Shown here piece after piece: positions 12,316 through 27,583 of a DNA stretch of 64,000 bases (within the stretch, counting starts at the first letter, position 1; every line of letters begins with the position of its first letter). The stretch is taken from assembly GCF_022045235.1 (NCBI RefSeq), contig NW_027266264.1:77500001-77564000 (forward strand). Direction: 5' to 3'. Both the position numbers and the translations under genes were made by a program. The notes under the pieces are model-generated. The model saw only the letters and a list, made by a program, of their open reading frames with translations. It searched no databases and was not told the DNA's origin. This stretch comes from Haliotis cracherodii (taxonomy: Eukaryota).

Positions 12316-15300
12316 TTTGGAAGGCTGAAAAGGAGTTTTTCATTCATTATTCAAGTCTGTAAGAAAATCCGTTTCTGTACCAACTTGTGGTCGCTATTCT
12401 ACACTTTTTTTATTTGGTTGGTTTAAGTAGAACTTTATCTGAGAAACATGTGTTGTCAGATTTGAACTAGAGTTGGTTGATTTGAAAACTACAAACACAT
12501 TTGGAGGATTCAATCAATGTTACAAATAGTAATCAGTAAAAGTTTGAAATAGCATCACAGCAATAACTACTGACTAACACTCATAAAACAGCAAGGTAAA
12601 ATACAGCGTTCACAGGGACAGGCTGAATACCCCGTAAAACACAAACCAACTGATACTCACAGAGTGTGTTGATTAGACTGGATCTAAACGTGAAGAGAGG
12701 CGACAGCAGTGATAGCTAGTGCTTGAAAACAAGACGCTTATATACACCTGTATTTGGTCCACATCCGGAACTGACTAATTACAAGTATATTATCTAATGC
12801 AGCACCAATTTGCAACACCTTTTAAGAATCATTGCTGATATGAATTTCGTTTCCCTATGCCCCCCATGGACTATGTCCAATGCAATGTATGTGTGTAGGT
12901 GCGGGCGAATGATTAGGGAAGTAATTACATCACTGACAAATGACCCGTGATGATATTGCGTCGATATGCGTAGATTCGTGTATAAATACCGTTACAGATG
13001 AGCATAGCCAGTGTGTTCCTTTGTGGTCTGTGAAAAAACAATTCTATCACAATGACCAAGTAACGGGTATTGTTATAATTGTAATGATAAAAGACAGTGT
13101 GTAATTCATTTCCCCTCCTAGATGGTTACTCTATAAAGTAATATCTCTTAAAGGAAAGTGTTCCAAAACATACATGGAGAGCAGGTTATCTTCCGAACAT
13201 GGTGTTTCGATACATTCTACCACCATTCTTTTCCGACATGTGTATGTATGATATATATACATAGCTTTCCTAAAAGCTTATAACTTTCCCCATTTCTAGG
13301 CATCGGTTTGGGATGGGTCGTTCTTGCTGCGCTGTGGATCCTTATTTTTGATATTCATCTCACCTCTGAAATTTAAATAATGATTCGCTGACTTACATCG
13401 TATCTGCTCCTAATCATAAATTTCTTAATTTAAAACCAACNNNNNNNNNNNNNNNNNNNNNNNNNNNNNNNNNNNNNNNNNNNNNNNNNNNNNNNNNNNN
13501 NNNNNNNNNNNNNNNNNNNNNNNNNNNNNNNNNNNNNNNNNNNNNNNNNNNNNNNNNNNNNNNNNNNNNNNNNNNNNNNNNNNNNNNNNACATTGTTGAA
13601 ACTATGGAACGACAAAGAGTCACCATATACTTTTGCATAGCCCATGGTATACTTTTATTAAGAACAACCTTGACAAACGAACATTCTACTCATCATTTCA
13701 TTAAGGCATCCAAGCCCTATATATTTCCTATCAATTCATTTATTTATACTTCACTATCTGGATGATAACTGCAAATGATAATTTTATTTAATGTAATGAT
13801 GCTCCATGTTACGGTCATGAAGAAAAGTCAGTGCAGATTTAATGTTCACATTTCAGCTGTGACTTTTCACGGACGCCTCTGGTAACACGGTTAAAAAAAC
13901 CTGTTGAAACAGTTCCTGTTAAAGAACAGATCTCAATGTATTTCATATGTAGTGTGATCTACAAATGGAACCTGCATTTCATAGAAAGAAATATATCATT
14001 GATTACAATGAAACAACATCGGAGCTCTGAAATGGTCTTCCTGTATTATTAATACTGAAAAAGAGGAATGTGCAGTGGGGAGTATGGCTAATCAAGGAGT
14101 TGTATGTAAAGAGGATACAGGAAAAGGATAAATGTAGGATGATAACTAAAGCTACGGAATGGGTTGACTATGCAGCTACAGAATGGTACGACTGTTGGGG
14201 GGCACATTTCAAACTTTGTAACTGTCAAGTCTTGCCATTACCAAAAACCTGTCGAGTCGTTTACTACTTTACCAAGAAAGCTTAATAATAATCCTTACTT
14301 TTACAGATGGCATAAAGGTTTAGGTGCTTCTCACGTATAAAGAATGCCGACATTTGCATTTTTGTAAATGTCATCGTGGACAGAGAGTGTTGGATACTAC
14401 AGAAGACTAATGGTAAACATTTGTTTGTGTGTTACCGAAGGCACACGATCAGGTGGCTATTATATATGAGTATGTGACCTTGTTATGGAACATTAATTGC
14501 CAACTTCTGTTGCTGTGTATTTCCAGACTACGTGCATGTCGCTTTGTTTGCTTGTTTGTTTAACGCCGCACTCGACAATATTTCAGCTAAATTACGGCGG
14601 TCTGTAAATATTCCAGTCTGGACCAGACAATCCAGTGATTGACACTATGAGCATCGATCTATGCAATCGGGATACAATAACATACATCAACCAAGTCAGC
14701 AAGCCTGACCACCCGATCCCGTTAGTCACCTCTTAAAGCAAGCATGGGTTGCTGAAGACTTATATTCTAAACCGGATGGTCACGGATCCGGTCTGCAGGG
14801 ACGAAAGTCAACACTATAAAGTTGAACAATGTCATTGAGGAATATACATATCTGAACCTCCATAATGCATTCAAACAACTTTCACGTGCGAATGAATGAC
14901 ACTTTTCAGAATCCTACGAAATTTCTGTCAATAACAGGTACTCGGTGCCACATGCTTGTCGTAAGAGCTGACTTATGAAGGCGACCAGATGTTTATTGTG
15001 TGTGACCTGACTGATTGTGCGTCACCGTGCCGCATGGTTTTGTGCCTCTGCCATGGTGTAATTTGACAAAGGCTGACTGTAGCGTTAAACAACACTCTCT
15101 CATTCACCCACTCATTCGCTCATGCCAGTAAACTAGTATACGCGTTTCTCTTTCATTTTGATGATTTATATCTCACTGTTCCGATACAACTCTCTTAATA
15201 ACATTTGTTTTCCTTTTGTAACATAGCCCCAACACTACTATGAATCAAAAACGTAAGACATTGTTTCAGTGATTGTGTTTAATGTGACATATTTCAAACC

Positions 15301-15362
15301 GGATGCAATAAATAATGTACATATTGATGATGCAGATGAATTGTGACACTGGAGCGACAACC

Positions 15363-15898
15363 TTAGTAGTAGCCATATCCAATACCTGCAACAAAAAGAA
15401 GAGGATTTTGTTTAAGAATATTTTCCGTACAAAGTCATTTCTACGTCTAGTAATAATTTCTATATCCAATATATCGATAGGTTAGTTATGCTGCATGTGT
15501 CCAATTAAGGTGGAAAATAAGTTTGGTGTAATTAACTTATTTATAATCTGTCAAAGTATTAGGTATATGTGAGGGTCAATAATATTCTCGGCATGATTGT
15601 ATTTGCATTTACCTTTTCCGAAACCTCCGATTCCTCCGTAAAGTCCTCCTAATCCGTAGCCTCCGTATAGACCACCCATTCCATAGCCTCCGTATAGACC
15701 ACCCATTCCGTAGCCTCCGTACAGTCCTCCCAATCCGTAACCTCCGTACAGACCTCCCATTCCGTAGCCTCCGTACAAACCACCCATTCCGTAGCCTCCG
15801 TACAGACCACCCTTTCCGAAGCCTCCGTGCAGACCATAGCTCACAGGCTCAGCAAAGGCAGCGACAGCCAGACAGGCAACAAGGGCGATAACTTTCAT
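15363..15898 (-). CDS. Secreted Gly/Tyr-rich repeat protein, copy 5 (102 aa; exons 15898-15613, 15385-15363)
   Basis: Intact frame and splice sites; single-ATG variant. Confidence 0.9.
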
Positions 15899-18800
15899 TA
15901 TTTTGGAAGGCTGAAAAGGAGTTTTCATTCATTATTCAAGTCTGTAAGAAAATCCGTTTCTGTACCAACTTGTGGTCGCAATTCTACACTTTTTTTATTT
16001 GGTTGGTTTAAGTAGAACTTTATCTGAGAAACATGTGTTGTCAGATTTGAACTAGAGTTGGTTGATTTGAAAACTACAAACACATTTGGAGGATTCAATC
16101 AATGTTACAAATAGTAATCAGTAAAAGTTTGAAATAGCATCACAGCAATAACTACTGACTAACACTCATAAAACAGCAACGTAAAATACAGCGTTCACAG
16201 GGACAGGCTGAATACCCCGTAAAACACAAACCAACTGATACTCACAGAGTGTGTTGATTAGACTGGATCTAAACGCGAAGAGAGGCGACAGCAGTGATAG
16301 CTAGTGCTTGAAAACAAGACGCTTATATACACCTGTACTTGGTCCACACCCGGAACTGACTAATTACAAGTATATTATCTAATGCAGCACCAATTTGCAA
16401 CACCTTTTAAGAATCATTGCTGATATGAATTTCGTTTCCCTATGCCCCCCAGGGACTATGTCCAATGCAATGTATGTGTGTAGGTGCGGGCGAATGATTA
16501 GGGAAGTAATTACATCACTGACAAATGACCCGTGATGAAATTGCGTCGATATGCGTAGATTCGTGTATAAATACCGTTACAGATGAGCATAGCCAGTGTT
16601 TTCCTATGTGGTCTGTGAAAAAACAATTCTATCACAATGACCAAGTAACGGGTATTGTTATAATTGTAATGATAAAAGACAGTGTGTAATTCATTTCCCC
16701 TCCTAGATGGTTGCTCTATAAAGTAATATCTCTTAAAGGAAAGTGTTCCAAAACATACATGGAGAGCAGGTTATCTTCCAAACATGGTGTTTCGATCCAT
16801 TTTACCACCATTCTTTTCCGACATGTGTATGTATGATATATATCCATGGCTTTCCTAAAAGCTTATAACTTTCCCCATTTCTAGGCATCGGTTTGGGATG
16901 GGTCGTTCTTGCTGCGCTGTGGATCCTTATTTTTGATATTCATCTCACCTCTGAAATTTAAATAATGATTCGCTGACTTACATCGTATCTGCTCCTAATC
17001 ATAAATTTCTTAATTTAAAACCAACNNNNNNNNNNNNNNNNNNNNNNNNNNNNNNNNNNNNNNNNNNNNNNNNNNNNNNNNNNNNNNNNNNNNNNNNNNN
17101 NNNNNNNNNNNNNNNNNNNNNNNNNNNNNNNNNNNNNNNNNNNNNNNNNNNNNNNNNNNNNNNNNNNNNNNNNNACATTGTTGAAACTATGGAACGACAA
17201 AGAGTCACCATATACTTTTGCATAGCCCATGGTATACTTTTATTAAGAACAACCTTGACAAACGAACATTCTACTCATCATTTCATTAAGGCATCCAAGC
17301 CCTATATATTTCATATCAATTCATTTATTTATACTTCACTATCTGGATGATAACTGCAAATGATAATTATATTTAATGTAATGATGCTCCATGTTACGGC
17401 CATGAAGAAAAGTCAGTGCAGATTTAATGTTCACATTTCAGCTGTGACTCTTCACGCACGCCTCTGGTAACACGGTTAAAAAAACCTGTTGAAACAGTTC
17501 CTGTTAAAGAACAGATCTCAATGTATTTCATATGTAGTGTGATCTACAAATGGAACCTGCATTTCATAGAAAGAAATATATCATTGATTACAATGAAACA
17601 ACATCGGAGCTCTGAAAGGGTCTTCCTGTATTATTAATACTGAAAAAGAGGAATGTGCAGTGGGGAGTATGGCTAATCAAGGAGTTGTATGTAAAGAGGA
17701 TACAGGAAAAGGATAAATGTAAGATGATAACTAAAGCTACGGAATGGGTTGACTATGCAGCTACAGAATGGTACGACTGTTGGGGGGCACATTTCAAACT
17801 TTGTAACTGTCAATTCTTGCCATTACCAAAAACCTGTCGAGTCGTTTACTACTTTACCAAGAAAGCTTAATAATAATCCTTACTTTTACAGATGGCATAA
17901 AGGTTTAGGTGCTTCTCACGTATAAAGAATGCCGACATTTGCATTTTTGTAAATGTCATCGTGGACAGAGAGTGTTGGATACTACAGAAGACTAATGGTA
18001 AACATTTGTTTGTGTGTTACCGAAGGCACACGATCAGGTGGCTCTTATATATGAATATGTGACCTTGTTATGGAACATTAATTGCCAACTTCTGTTGTGT
18101 ATTTCCAGACTACGTGCATGTCGCTTTGTTTGCTTGTTTGTTTAACGCCGCACTCGACAATATTTCAGCTAAATTACGGCGGTCTGTAAATATTCCAGTC
18201 TGGACCAGACAATCCAGTGATTGACACTATGAGCATCGATCTATGCAATCGGGATACAATAACATACATCAACCAAGTCAGCAAGCCTGACCACCCGATC
18301 CCGTTAGTCGCCTCTTACAGCAAGCATGGGTTGCTGAAGACTTATATTCTAAACCGGATGGTCACGGATCCGGTCTGCAGGGACGAAAGTCAACACTATA
18401 AAGTTGATCAATGTCATTGAGGAATATACATATCTGAACCTCCATAATGCATTCAAACAACTTTCACGTGCGAAAGAATGACACTTTTACAGAATCCTAC
18501 GAAATTTCTGTCAATAACAGGTACTCGGTGCCACATGCTTGTCGTAAGAGCTGACTTATGAAGGCGACCAGATGTTTATTGTGTGTGACCTGACTGATTG
18601 TGCGTCACCGTGCCGGCATGGTTTTGTGCCTCTGCCATGGTGTAATTTGACAAAGGCTGACTGTAGCGTTAAACAACACTCTCTCATTCACCCACTCATT
18701 CGCTCATGCCAGTAAACTAGTATACGCGTTTCTCTTTCATTTTGATGATTTATATCTCACTGTTCCGATACAACTCTCTTAATAACATTTGTTTTCCTTT

Positions 18801-18946
18801 TGTAACATAGCCCCAACACTACTATGAATAAAAAACGTAAGACATTGTTTCAATGATTGTGTTTAATGTGACATATTTCAAACCGGATACAATAAATAAT
18901 GTACATATTGATGATGCAGATGAATTGTGACACTGGAGCGACAACC

Positions 18947-19487
18947 TTAGTAGTAGCCATATCCAATACCTGCAACAAAAAGAAGAGGATTTTGTTTAAG
19001 AATATTTTCCGTACAAAGTCATTTCTACGTCTAGTAATAATTTCTATATCCAATATATCGATAGGTTAGTTATGCTGCATGTGTCCAATTAAGGTGGAAA
19101 ATAAGTTTGGTGTAATTAACTTATTTATAATCTGTCAAAGTATTAGGTATATGTGAGGGTCAATAATATTCTCGGCATGATTGTATTTGCATTTACCTTT
19201 TCCGAAACCTCCGATTCCTCCGTAAAGTCCTCCTAATCCGTAGCCTCCGTATAGACCACCCATTCCATAGCCTCCGTATAGACCACCCATTCCGTAGCCT
19301 CCGTACAGTCCTCCCAATCGTAACCTCCGTACAGACCTCCCATTCCGTAGCCTCCGTACAGACCACCCATTCCGTAGACCTCCGTACAGACCACCCTTTC
19401 CGAAGCCTCCGTGCAGACCATAGCTCACAGGGCTACAGCAAAGGCAGCGACAGCCAGACAGGCAACAAGGGCGATAACTTTCATCAT
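18947..19487 (-). pseudogene. Gly/Tyr-rich protein copy 6, frameshifted (pseudogene or consensus error)
   Basis: Three 1-nt insertions (cacagggctacagca; ccgtagacctcc) and one 1-nt deletion (caatcgtaacc) in exon 2, net +2. Confidence 0.7.
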
Positions 19488-22400
19488 TTTGAAGGCTGAA
19501 AAGGAGTTTTTCATTCATTATTCAAGTCTGTAAGAAAATCCGTTTCTGTACCAACTTGTGGTCGCTATTCTACACTTTTTTTATTTGGTTGGTTTAAGTA
19601 GAACTTTATCTGAGAAACATGTGTTGTCAGATTTGAACTAGAGTGGTTGATTTGAAAACTACAAACACATTTGGAGGATTCAATCAATGTTACAAATAGT
19701 AATCAGTAAAAGTTTGAAATAGCATCACAGCAATAACTACTGACTAACACTCATAAAACAGCAAGGTAAAATACAGCGTTCACAGGGACAGGCTGAATAC
19801 CCCGTAAACACAAACCAACTGATACTCACAGAGTGTGTTGATTAGACTGGATCTAAACGTGAAGAGAGGCGACAGCAGTGATAGCTAGTGCTTGAAAACA
19901 AGACGCTTATATACACCTGTATTTGGTCCACATCCGGAACTGACTAATTACAAGTATATTATCTAATGCAGCACCAATTGCAACACCTTTTAAGAATCAT
20001 TGCTGATATGAATTTCGTTTCCCTATGCCCCCCAGGGACTATGTCCAATGCAATGTATGTGTGTAGGTGCGGGCGAATGATTAGGGAAGTAATTACATCA
20101 CTGACAAATGACCCGTGATGATATTGCGTCGATATGCGTAGATTCGTGTATAAATACGTTACAGATGAGCATAGCCAGTGTGTTCCTTTGTGGTCTGTGA
20201 AAAAACAATTCTATCACAATGACCAAGTATCGGGTATTGTTATAATTGTAATGATAAAAGACAGTGTGTAATTCATTTCCCCTCCTAGATGGTTACTCTA
20301 TAAAGTAATATCTCTTAAGGAAAAGTGTTCCAAAACATACATGGAGAGCAGGTTATCTTCCGAACATGGTGTTTCGATACATTCTACCACCATTCTTTTC
20401 CGACATGTGTATGTATGATATATATCCATGGCTTTCCTAAAAGCTTATAACTTTCCCCATTTCTAGGCATCGGTTTGGGATGGGTCGTTCTTGCTGCGCT
20501 GTGGATCCTTATTTTTGATATTCATCTCACCTCTGAAATTTAAATAATGATTCGCTGACTTACATCGTATCTGCTCCTAATCATAAATTTCTTAATTTAA
20601 AACCAACCACNNNNNNNNNNNNNNNNNNNNNNNNNNNNNNNNNNNNNNNNNNNNNNNNNNNNNNNNNNNNNNNNNNNNNNNNNNNNNNNNNNNNNNNNNN
20701 NNNNNNNNNNNNNNNNNNNNNNNNNNNNNNNNNNNNNNNNNNNNNNNNNNNNNNNNNNNNNNNNNACATTGTTGAAACTATGGAACGACAAAGAGTCACC
20801 ATATACTTTTGCATAGCCCATGGTATACTTTTATTAAGAACAACCTTGACAAACGAACATTCTACTCATCATTTCATTAAGGCATCCAAGCCCTATATAT
20901 TTCATATCAATTCATTTATTTATACTTCACTATCTGGATGATAACTGCAAATGATAATTATATTTAATGTAATGATGCTCCATGTTACGGTCATGAAGAA
21001 AAGTCAGTGCAGATTTAATGTTCACATTTCAGCTGTGACTCTTCACGCACGCCTCTGGTAACACGGTTAAAAAAACCTGTTGAAACAGTTCCTGTTAAAG
21101 AACAGATCTCAATGTATTTCATATGTAGTGTGATCTACAAATGGAACCTGCATTTCATAGAAAGAAATATATCATTGATTACAATGAAACAACATCGGAG
21201 CTCTGAAAGGGTCTTCCTGTATTATTAATACTGAAAAAGAGGAATGTGCAGTGGGGAGTATGGCTAATCAAGGAGTTGTATGTAAAGAGGATACAGGAAA
21301 AGGATAAATGTAAGATGATAACTAAAGCTACGGAATAGGTTGACTATGCAGCTACAGAATGGTACGACTGTTGGGGGGCACATTTCAAACTTTGTAACTG
21401 TCAATTCTTGCCATTACCAAAAACCTGTCGAGTCGTTTACTACTTTACCAAGAAAGCTTAATAATAATCCTTACTTTTACAGATTTAGGTGCTTCTCACG
21501 TATAAAGAATGCCGACATTTGCATTTTTGTAAATGTCATCGTGGACAGAGAGTGTTGGATACTACAGAAGACTAATGGTAAACATTTGTTTGTGTGTTAC
21601 CGAAGGCACACGATCAGGTGGCTCTTATATATGAATATGTGACCTTGTTATGGAACATTAATTGCCAACTTCTGTTGTGTATTTCCAGACTACGTGCATG
21701 TCGCTTTGTTTGCTTGTTTGTTTAACGCCGCACTCGACAATATTTCAGCTAAATTACGGCGGTCTGTAAATATTCCAGTCTGGACCAGACAATCCAGTGA
21801 TTGACACTATGAGCATCGATCTATGCAATCGGGATACAATAACATACATCAACCAAGTCAGCAAGCCTGACCACCCGATCCCGTTAGTCGCCTCTTACAG
21901 CAAGCATGGGTTGCTGAAGACTTATATTCTAAACCGGATGGTCACGGATCCGGTCTGCAGGGACGAAAGTCAACACTATAAAGTTGATCAATGTCATTGA
22001 GGAATATACATATCTGAACCTCCATAATGCATTCAAACAACTTTCACGTGCGAAAGAATGACACTTTTACAGAATCCTACGAAATTTCTGTCAATAACAG
22101 GTACTCGGTGCCACATGCTTGTCGTAAGAGCTGACTTATGAAGGCGACCAGATGTTTATTGTGTGTGACCTGACTGATTGTGCGTCACCGTTGCCGCATG
22201 GTTTTGTGCCTCTGCCATGGTGTAATTTGACAAAGGCTGACTGTAGCGTTAAACAACACTCTCTCATTCACCCACTCATTCGCTCATGCCAGTAAACTAG
22301 TATACGCGTTTCTCTTTCATTTTGATGATTTATATCTCACTGTTCCGATACAACTCTCTTAATAACATTTGTTTTCCTTTTGTAACATAGCCCCAACACT

Positions 22401-22526
22401 ACTATGAATAAAAAACGTAAGACATTGTTTCAATGATTGTGTTTAATGTGACATATTTCAAACCGGATACAATAAATAATGTACATATTGATGATGCAGA
22501 TGAATTGTGACACTGGAGCGACAACC

Positions 22527-23065
22527 TTAGTAGTAGCCATATCCAATACCTGCAACAAAAAGAAGAGTATTTTGTTTAAGAATATTTTCCGTACAAAGTC
22601 ATTTCTACGTCTAGTAATAATTTCTATATCCAATATATCGATAGGTTAGTTATGCTGCATGTGTCCAATTAAGGTGGAAAATAAGTTTGGTGTAATTAAC
22701 TTATTTATAATCTGTCAAAGTATTAGGTATATGTGAGGGTCAATAATATTCTCGGCATGATTGTATTTGCATTTACCTTTTCCGAAACCTCCGATTCCTC
22801 CGTAAAGTCCTCCTAATCCGTAGCCTCCGTATAGACCACCCATTCCATAGCCTCCGTATAGACCACCCATTCCGTAGCCTCCGTACAGTCCTCCCAATCC
22901 GTAACCTCCGTACAGACCTCCCATTCCGTAGCCTCCGTACAGACCACCCATTCCGTAGCCTCCGTACAGACCACCCTTTCCGAAGCCTCCGTGCAGACCA
23001 TAGCTCACAGGCTCAGCAAAGGCAGCGACAGCCAGACAGGCAACAAGGGCGATAACTTTCATCAT
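22527..23065 (-). CDS. Secreted Gly/Tyr-rich repeat protein, copy 7 (103 aa; exons 23065-22777, 22549-22527)
   Basis: Intact frame and splice sites. Confidence 0.9.
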
Positions 23066-24203
23066 TTTGGAAGGCTGAAAAGGAGTTTTTCATTCATTAT
23101 TCAAGTCTGTAAGAAAATCCGTTTCTGTACCAACTTGTGGTCGCAATTCTACACTTTTTTTATTTGGTTGGTTTAAGTAGAACTTTATCTGAGAAACATG
23201 TGTTGTCAGATTTGAACTAGAGTTGGTTGATTTGAAAACTACAAACACATTTGGAGGATTCAATCAATGTTACAAATAGTAATCAGTAAAAGTTTGAAAT
23301 AGCATCACAGCAATAACTACTGACTAACACTCATAAAACAGCAAGGTAAAATACAGCGTTCACAGGGACAGGCTGAATACCCCGTAAAACACAAACCAAC
23401 TGATACTCACAGAGTGTGTTGATTAGACTGGATCTAAACGTGAAGAGAGGCGACAGCAGTGATAGCTAGTGCTTGAAAACAAGACGCTTATATACACCTG
23501 TACTTGGTCCACACCCGGAACTGACTAATTTCAAGTATATTATCTAATGCAGCACCAATTTGCAACACCTTTTAAGAATCATTGCTGATATGAATTTCGT
23601 TTCCCTATGCCCCCCAGGGACTATGTCCAATGCAATGTATGTGTGTAGGTGCGGGCGAATGATTAGGGAAGTAATTACATCACTGACAAATGACCCGTGA
23701 TGATATTGCGTCGATATGCGTAGATTCGTGAAATAAATACCGTTACAGATGAGCATAGCCAGTGTGTTCCTTTGTGGTCTGTGAAAAAACAATTCTATCA
23801 CAATGACCAAGTAACGGGTATTGTTATAATTGTAATGATAAAAGACAGTGTGTAATTCATTTCCCCTCCTAGATGGTTACTCTATAAAGTAATATCTCTT
23901 AAAGGAAAGTGTTCCAAAACATACATGGAGAGCAGGTTATCTTCCGAACATGGTGTTTCGATCCATTTTACCACCATTCTTTTCCGACATGTGTATGTAT
24001 GATATATATACCTGGCTTTCCTAAAAGCTTATAACTTTCCCCATTTCTAGGCATCGGTTTGGGATGGGTCGTTCTTGCTGCGCTGTGGATCCTTATTTTT
24101 GATATTCATCTCACCTCTGAAATTTAAATAATGATTTGCTGACTTACATCGTATCTGCTCCTAATCATAAATTTCTTAATTTAAAACCAACCACAGACTT
24201 ATC

Positions 24204-24285
<82 letters not shown>

Positions 24286-26078
24286 ATATGTACGCCCTCT
24301 GCTAAAACATTGTTGAAACTATGGAACGACAAAGAGTCACCATATACTTTTGCATAGCCCATGGTATACTTTTATTAAGAACAACCTTGACAAACGAACA
24401 TTCTACTCATCATTTCATTAAGGCATCCAAGCCCTATATATTTCCTATCAATTCATTTATTTATACTTCACTATCTGGATAATAACTGCAAATGATAATT
24501 ATATTTAATGTAATGATGCTCCATGTTACGGTCATGAAGAAAAGTCAGTGCAGATTTAATGTTCACATTTCAGCTGTGACTCTTCACGCACGCCTCTGGT
24601 AACACGGTTAAAAAAACCTGTTGAAACAGTTCCTGTTAAAGAACAGATCTCAATGTATTTCATATGTAGTGTGATCTACAAATGGAACCTGCATTTCATA
24701 GAAAGAAATATATCATTGATTACAATGAAACAACATCGGAGCTCTGAAAGGGTCTTCCTGTATTATTAATACTGAAAAAGAGGAATGTGCAGTGGGGAGT
24801 ATGGCTAATCAAGGAGTTGTATGTAAAGAGGATACAGGAAAAGGATAAATGTAAGATGATAACTAAAGCTAAGGAATGGGTTGACTATGCAGCTACAGAA
24901 TGGTACGACTGTTGGGGGGCACATTTCAAACTTTGTAACTGTCAATTCTTGCCATTACCAAAAACCTGTCGAGTCGTTTACTACTTTACCAAGAAAGCTT
25001 AATAATAATCCTTACTTTTACAGATGGCATAAAGGTTTAGGTGCTTCTCACGTATAAAGAATGCCGACATTTGCATTTTTGTAAATGTCATCGTGGACAG
25101 AGAGTGTTGGATACTACAGAAGACTAATGGTAAACATTTGTTTGTGTGTTACCGAAGGCACACGATCAGGTGGCTCTTATATATGAATATGTGACCTTGT
25201 TATGGAACATTAATTGCCAACTTCTGTTGTGTATTTCCAGACTACGTGCATGTCGCTTTGTTTGCTTGTTTGTTTAACGCCGCACTCGACAATATTTCAG
25301 CTAAATTACGGCGGTCTGTAAATATTCCAGTCTGGACCAGACAATCCAGTGATTGACACTATGAGCATCGATCTATGCAATCGGGATACAATAACATACA
25401 TCAACCAAGTCAGCAAGCCTGACCACCCGATCCCGTTAGTCGCCTCTTACAGCAAGCATGGGTTGCTGAAGACTTATATTCTAAACCGGATGGTCACGGA
25501 TCCGGTCTGCAGGGACGAAAGTCAACACTATAAAGTTGATCAATGTCATTGAGGAATATACATATCTGAACCTCCATAATGCATTCAAACAACTTTCACG
25601 TGCGAATGAATGACACTTTTTCAGAATCCTACGAAATTTCTGTCAATAACAGGTACTCGGTGCCACATGCTTGTCGTAAGAGCTGACTTATGAAGGCGAC
25701 CAGATGTTTATTGTGTGTGACCTGACTGATTGTGCGTCACCGTTGCCGCATGGTTTTGTGCCTCTGCCATGGTGTAATTTGACAAAGGCTGACTGTAGCG
25801 TTAAACAACACTCTCTCATTCACCCACTCATTCGCTCATGCCAGTAAACTAGTATACGCGTTTCTCTTTCATTTTGATGATTTATATCTCACTGTTCCGA
25901 TACAACTCTCTTAATAACATTTGTTTTCCTTTTGTAACATAGCCCCAACACTACTATGAATAAAAAACGTAAGACATTGTTTCAATGATTGTGTTTAATG
26001 TGACATATTTCAAACCGGATACAATAAATAATGTACATATTGATGATGCAGATGAATTGTGACACTGGAGCGACAACC

Positions 26079-26617
26079 TTAGTAGTAGCCATATCCAATA
26101 CCTGCAACAAAAAGAAGAGTATTTTGTTTAAGAATATTTTCCGTACAAAGTCATTTCTACGTCTAGTAATAATTTCTATATCCAATATATCGATAGGTTA
26201 GTTATGCTGCATGTGTCCAATTAAGGTGGAAAATAAGTTTGGTGTAATTAACTTATTTATAATCTGTCAAAGTATTAGGTATATGTGAGGGTCAATAATA
26301 TTCTCGGCATGATTGTATTTGCATTTACCTTTTCCGAAACCTCCGATTCCTCCGTAAAGTCCTCCTAATCCGTAGCCTCCGTATAGACCACCCATTCCAT
26401 AGCCTCCGTATAGACCACCCATTCCGTAGCCTCCGTACAGTCCTCCCAATCCGTAACCTCCGTACAGACCTCCCATTCCGTAGCCTCCGTACAGACCACC
26501 CATTCCGTAGCCTCCGTACAGACCACCCTTTCCGAAGCCTCCGTGCAGACCATAGCTCACAGGCTCAGCAAAGGCAGCGACAGCCAGACAGGCAACAAGG
26601 GCGATAACTTTCATCAT
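26079..26617 (-). CDS. Secreted Gly/Tyr-rich repeat protein, copy 8 (103 aa; exons 26617-26329, 26101-26079)
   Basis: Intact frame and splice sites. A transposon is inserted about 570 bp upstream of the predicted TSS. Confidence 0.9.
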
Positions 26618-27583
26618 TTTGGAAGGCTGAAAAGGAGTTTTTCATTCATTATTCAAGTCTGTAAGAAAATCCGTTTCTGTACCAACTTGTGGTCGCTATT
26701 CTACACTTTTTTTATTTGGTTGGTTTAAGTAGAACTTTATCTGAGAAACATGTGTTGTCAGATTTGAACTAGAGTTGGTTGATTTGAAAACTACAAACAC
26801 ATTTGGAGGATTCAATCAATGTTACAAATAGTAATCAGTAAAAGTTTGAAATAGCATCACAGCAATAACTACTGACTAACACTCATAAAACAGCAAGGTA
26901 AAATACAGCGTTCACAGGGACAGGCTGAATACCCCGTAAAACACAAACCAACTGATACTCACAGAGTGTGTTGATTAGACTGGATCTAAACGTGAAGAGA
27001 GGCGACAGCAGTGATAGCTAGTGCTTGAAAACAAGACGCTTATATACACCTGTATTTGGTCCACACCCGGAACTGACTAATTACAAGTATATTATCTAAT
27101 GCAGCACCAATTTGCAACACCTTTTAAGAATCATTGCTGATATGAATTTCGTTTCCCTATGCCCCCCAGGGACTATGTCCAATGCAATGTATGTGTGTAG
27201 GTGCGGGCGAATGATTAGGGAAGTAATTACATCACTGACAAATGACCCGTGATGATATTGCGTCGATATGCGTAGATTCGTGTATAAATACCGTTACAGA
27301 TGAGCATAGCCAGTGTTTTCCTATGTGGTCTGTGAAAAAACAATTCTATCACAATGACCAAGTAACGGGTATTGTTATAATTGTAATGATAAAAGACAGT
27401 GTGTAATTCATTTCCCCTCCTAGATGGTTACTCTATAAAGTAATATCTCTTAAAGGAAAGTGTTCCAAAACATACATGGAGAGCAGGTTATCTTCCGAAC
27501 ATGGTGTTTCGATACATTCTACCACCATTCTTTTCCGACATGTGTATGTATGATATATATACATGGCTTTCCTAAAAGCTTAT

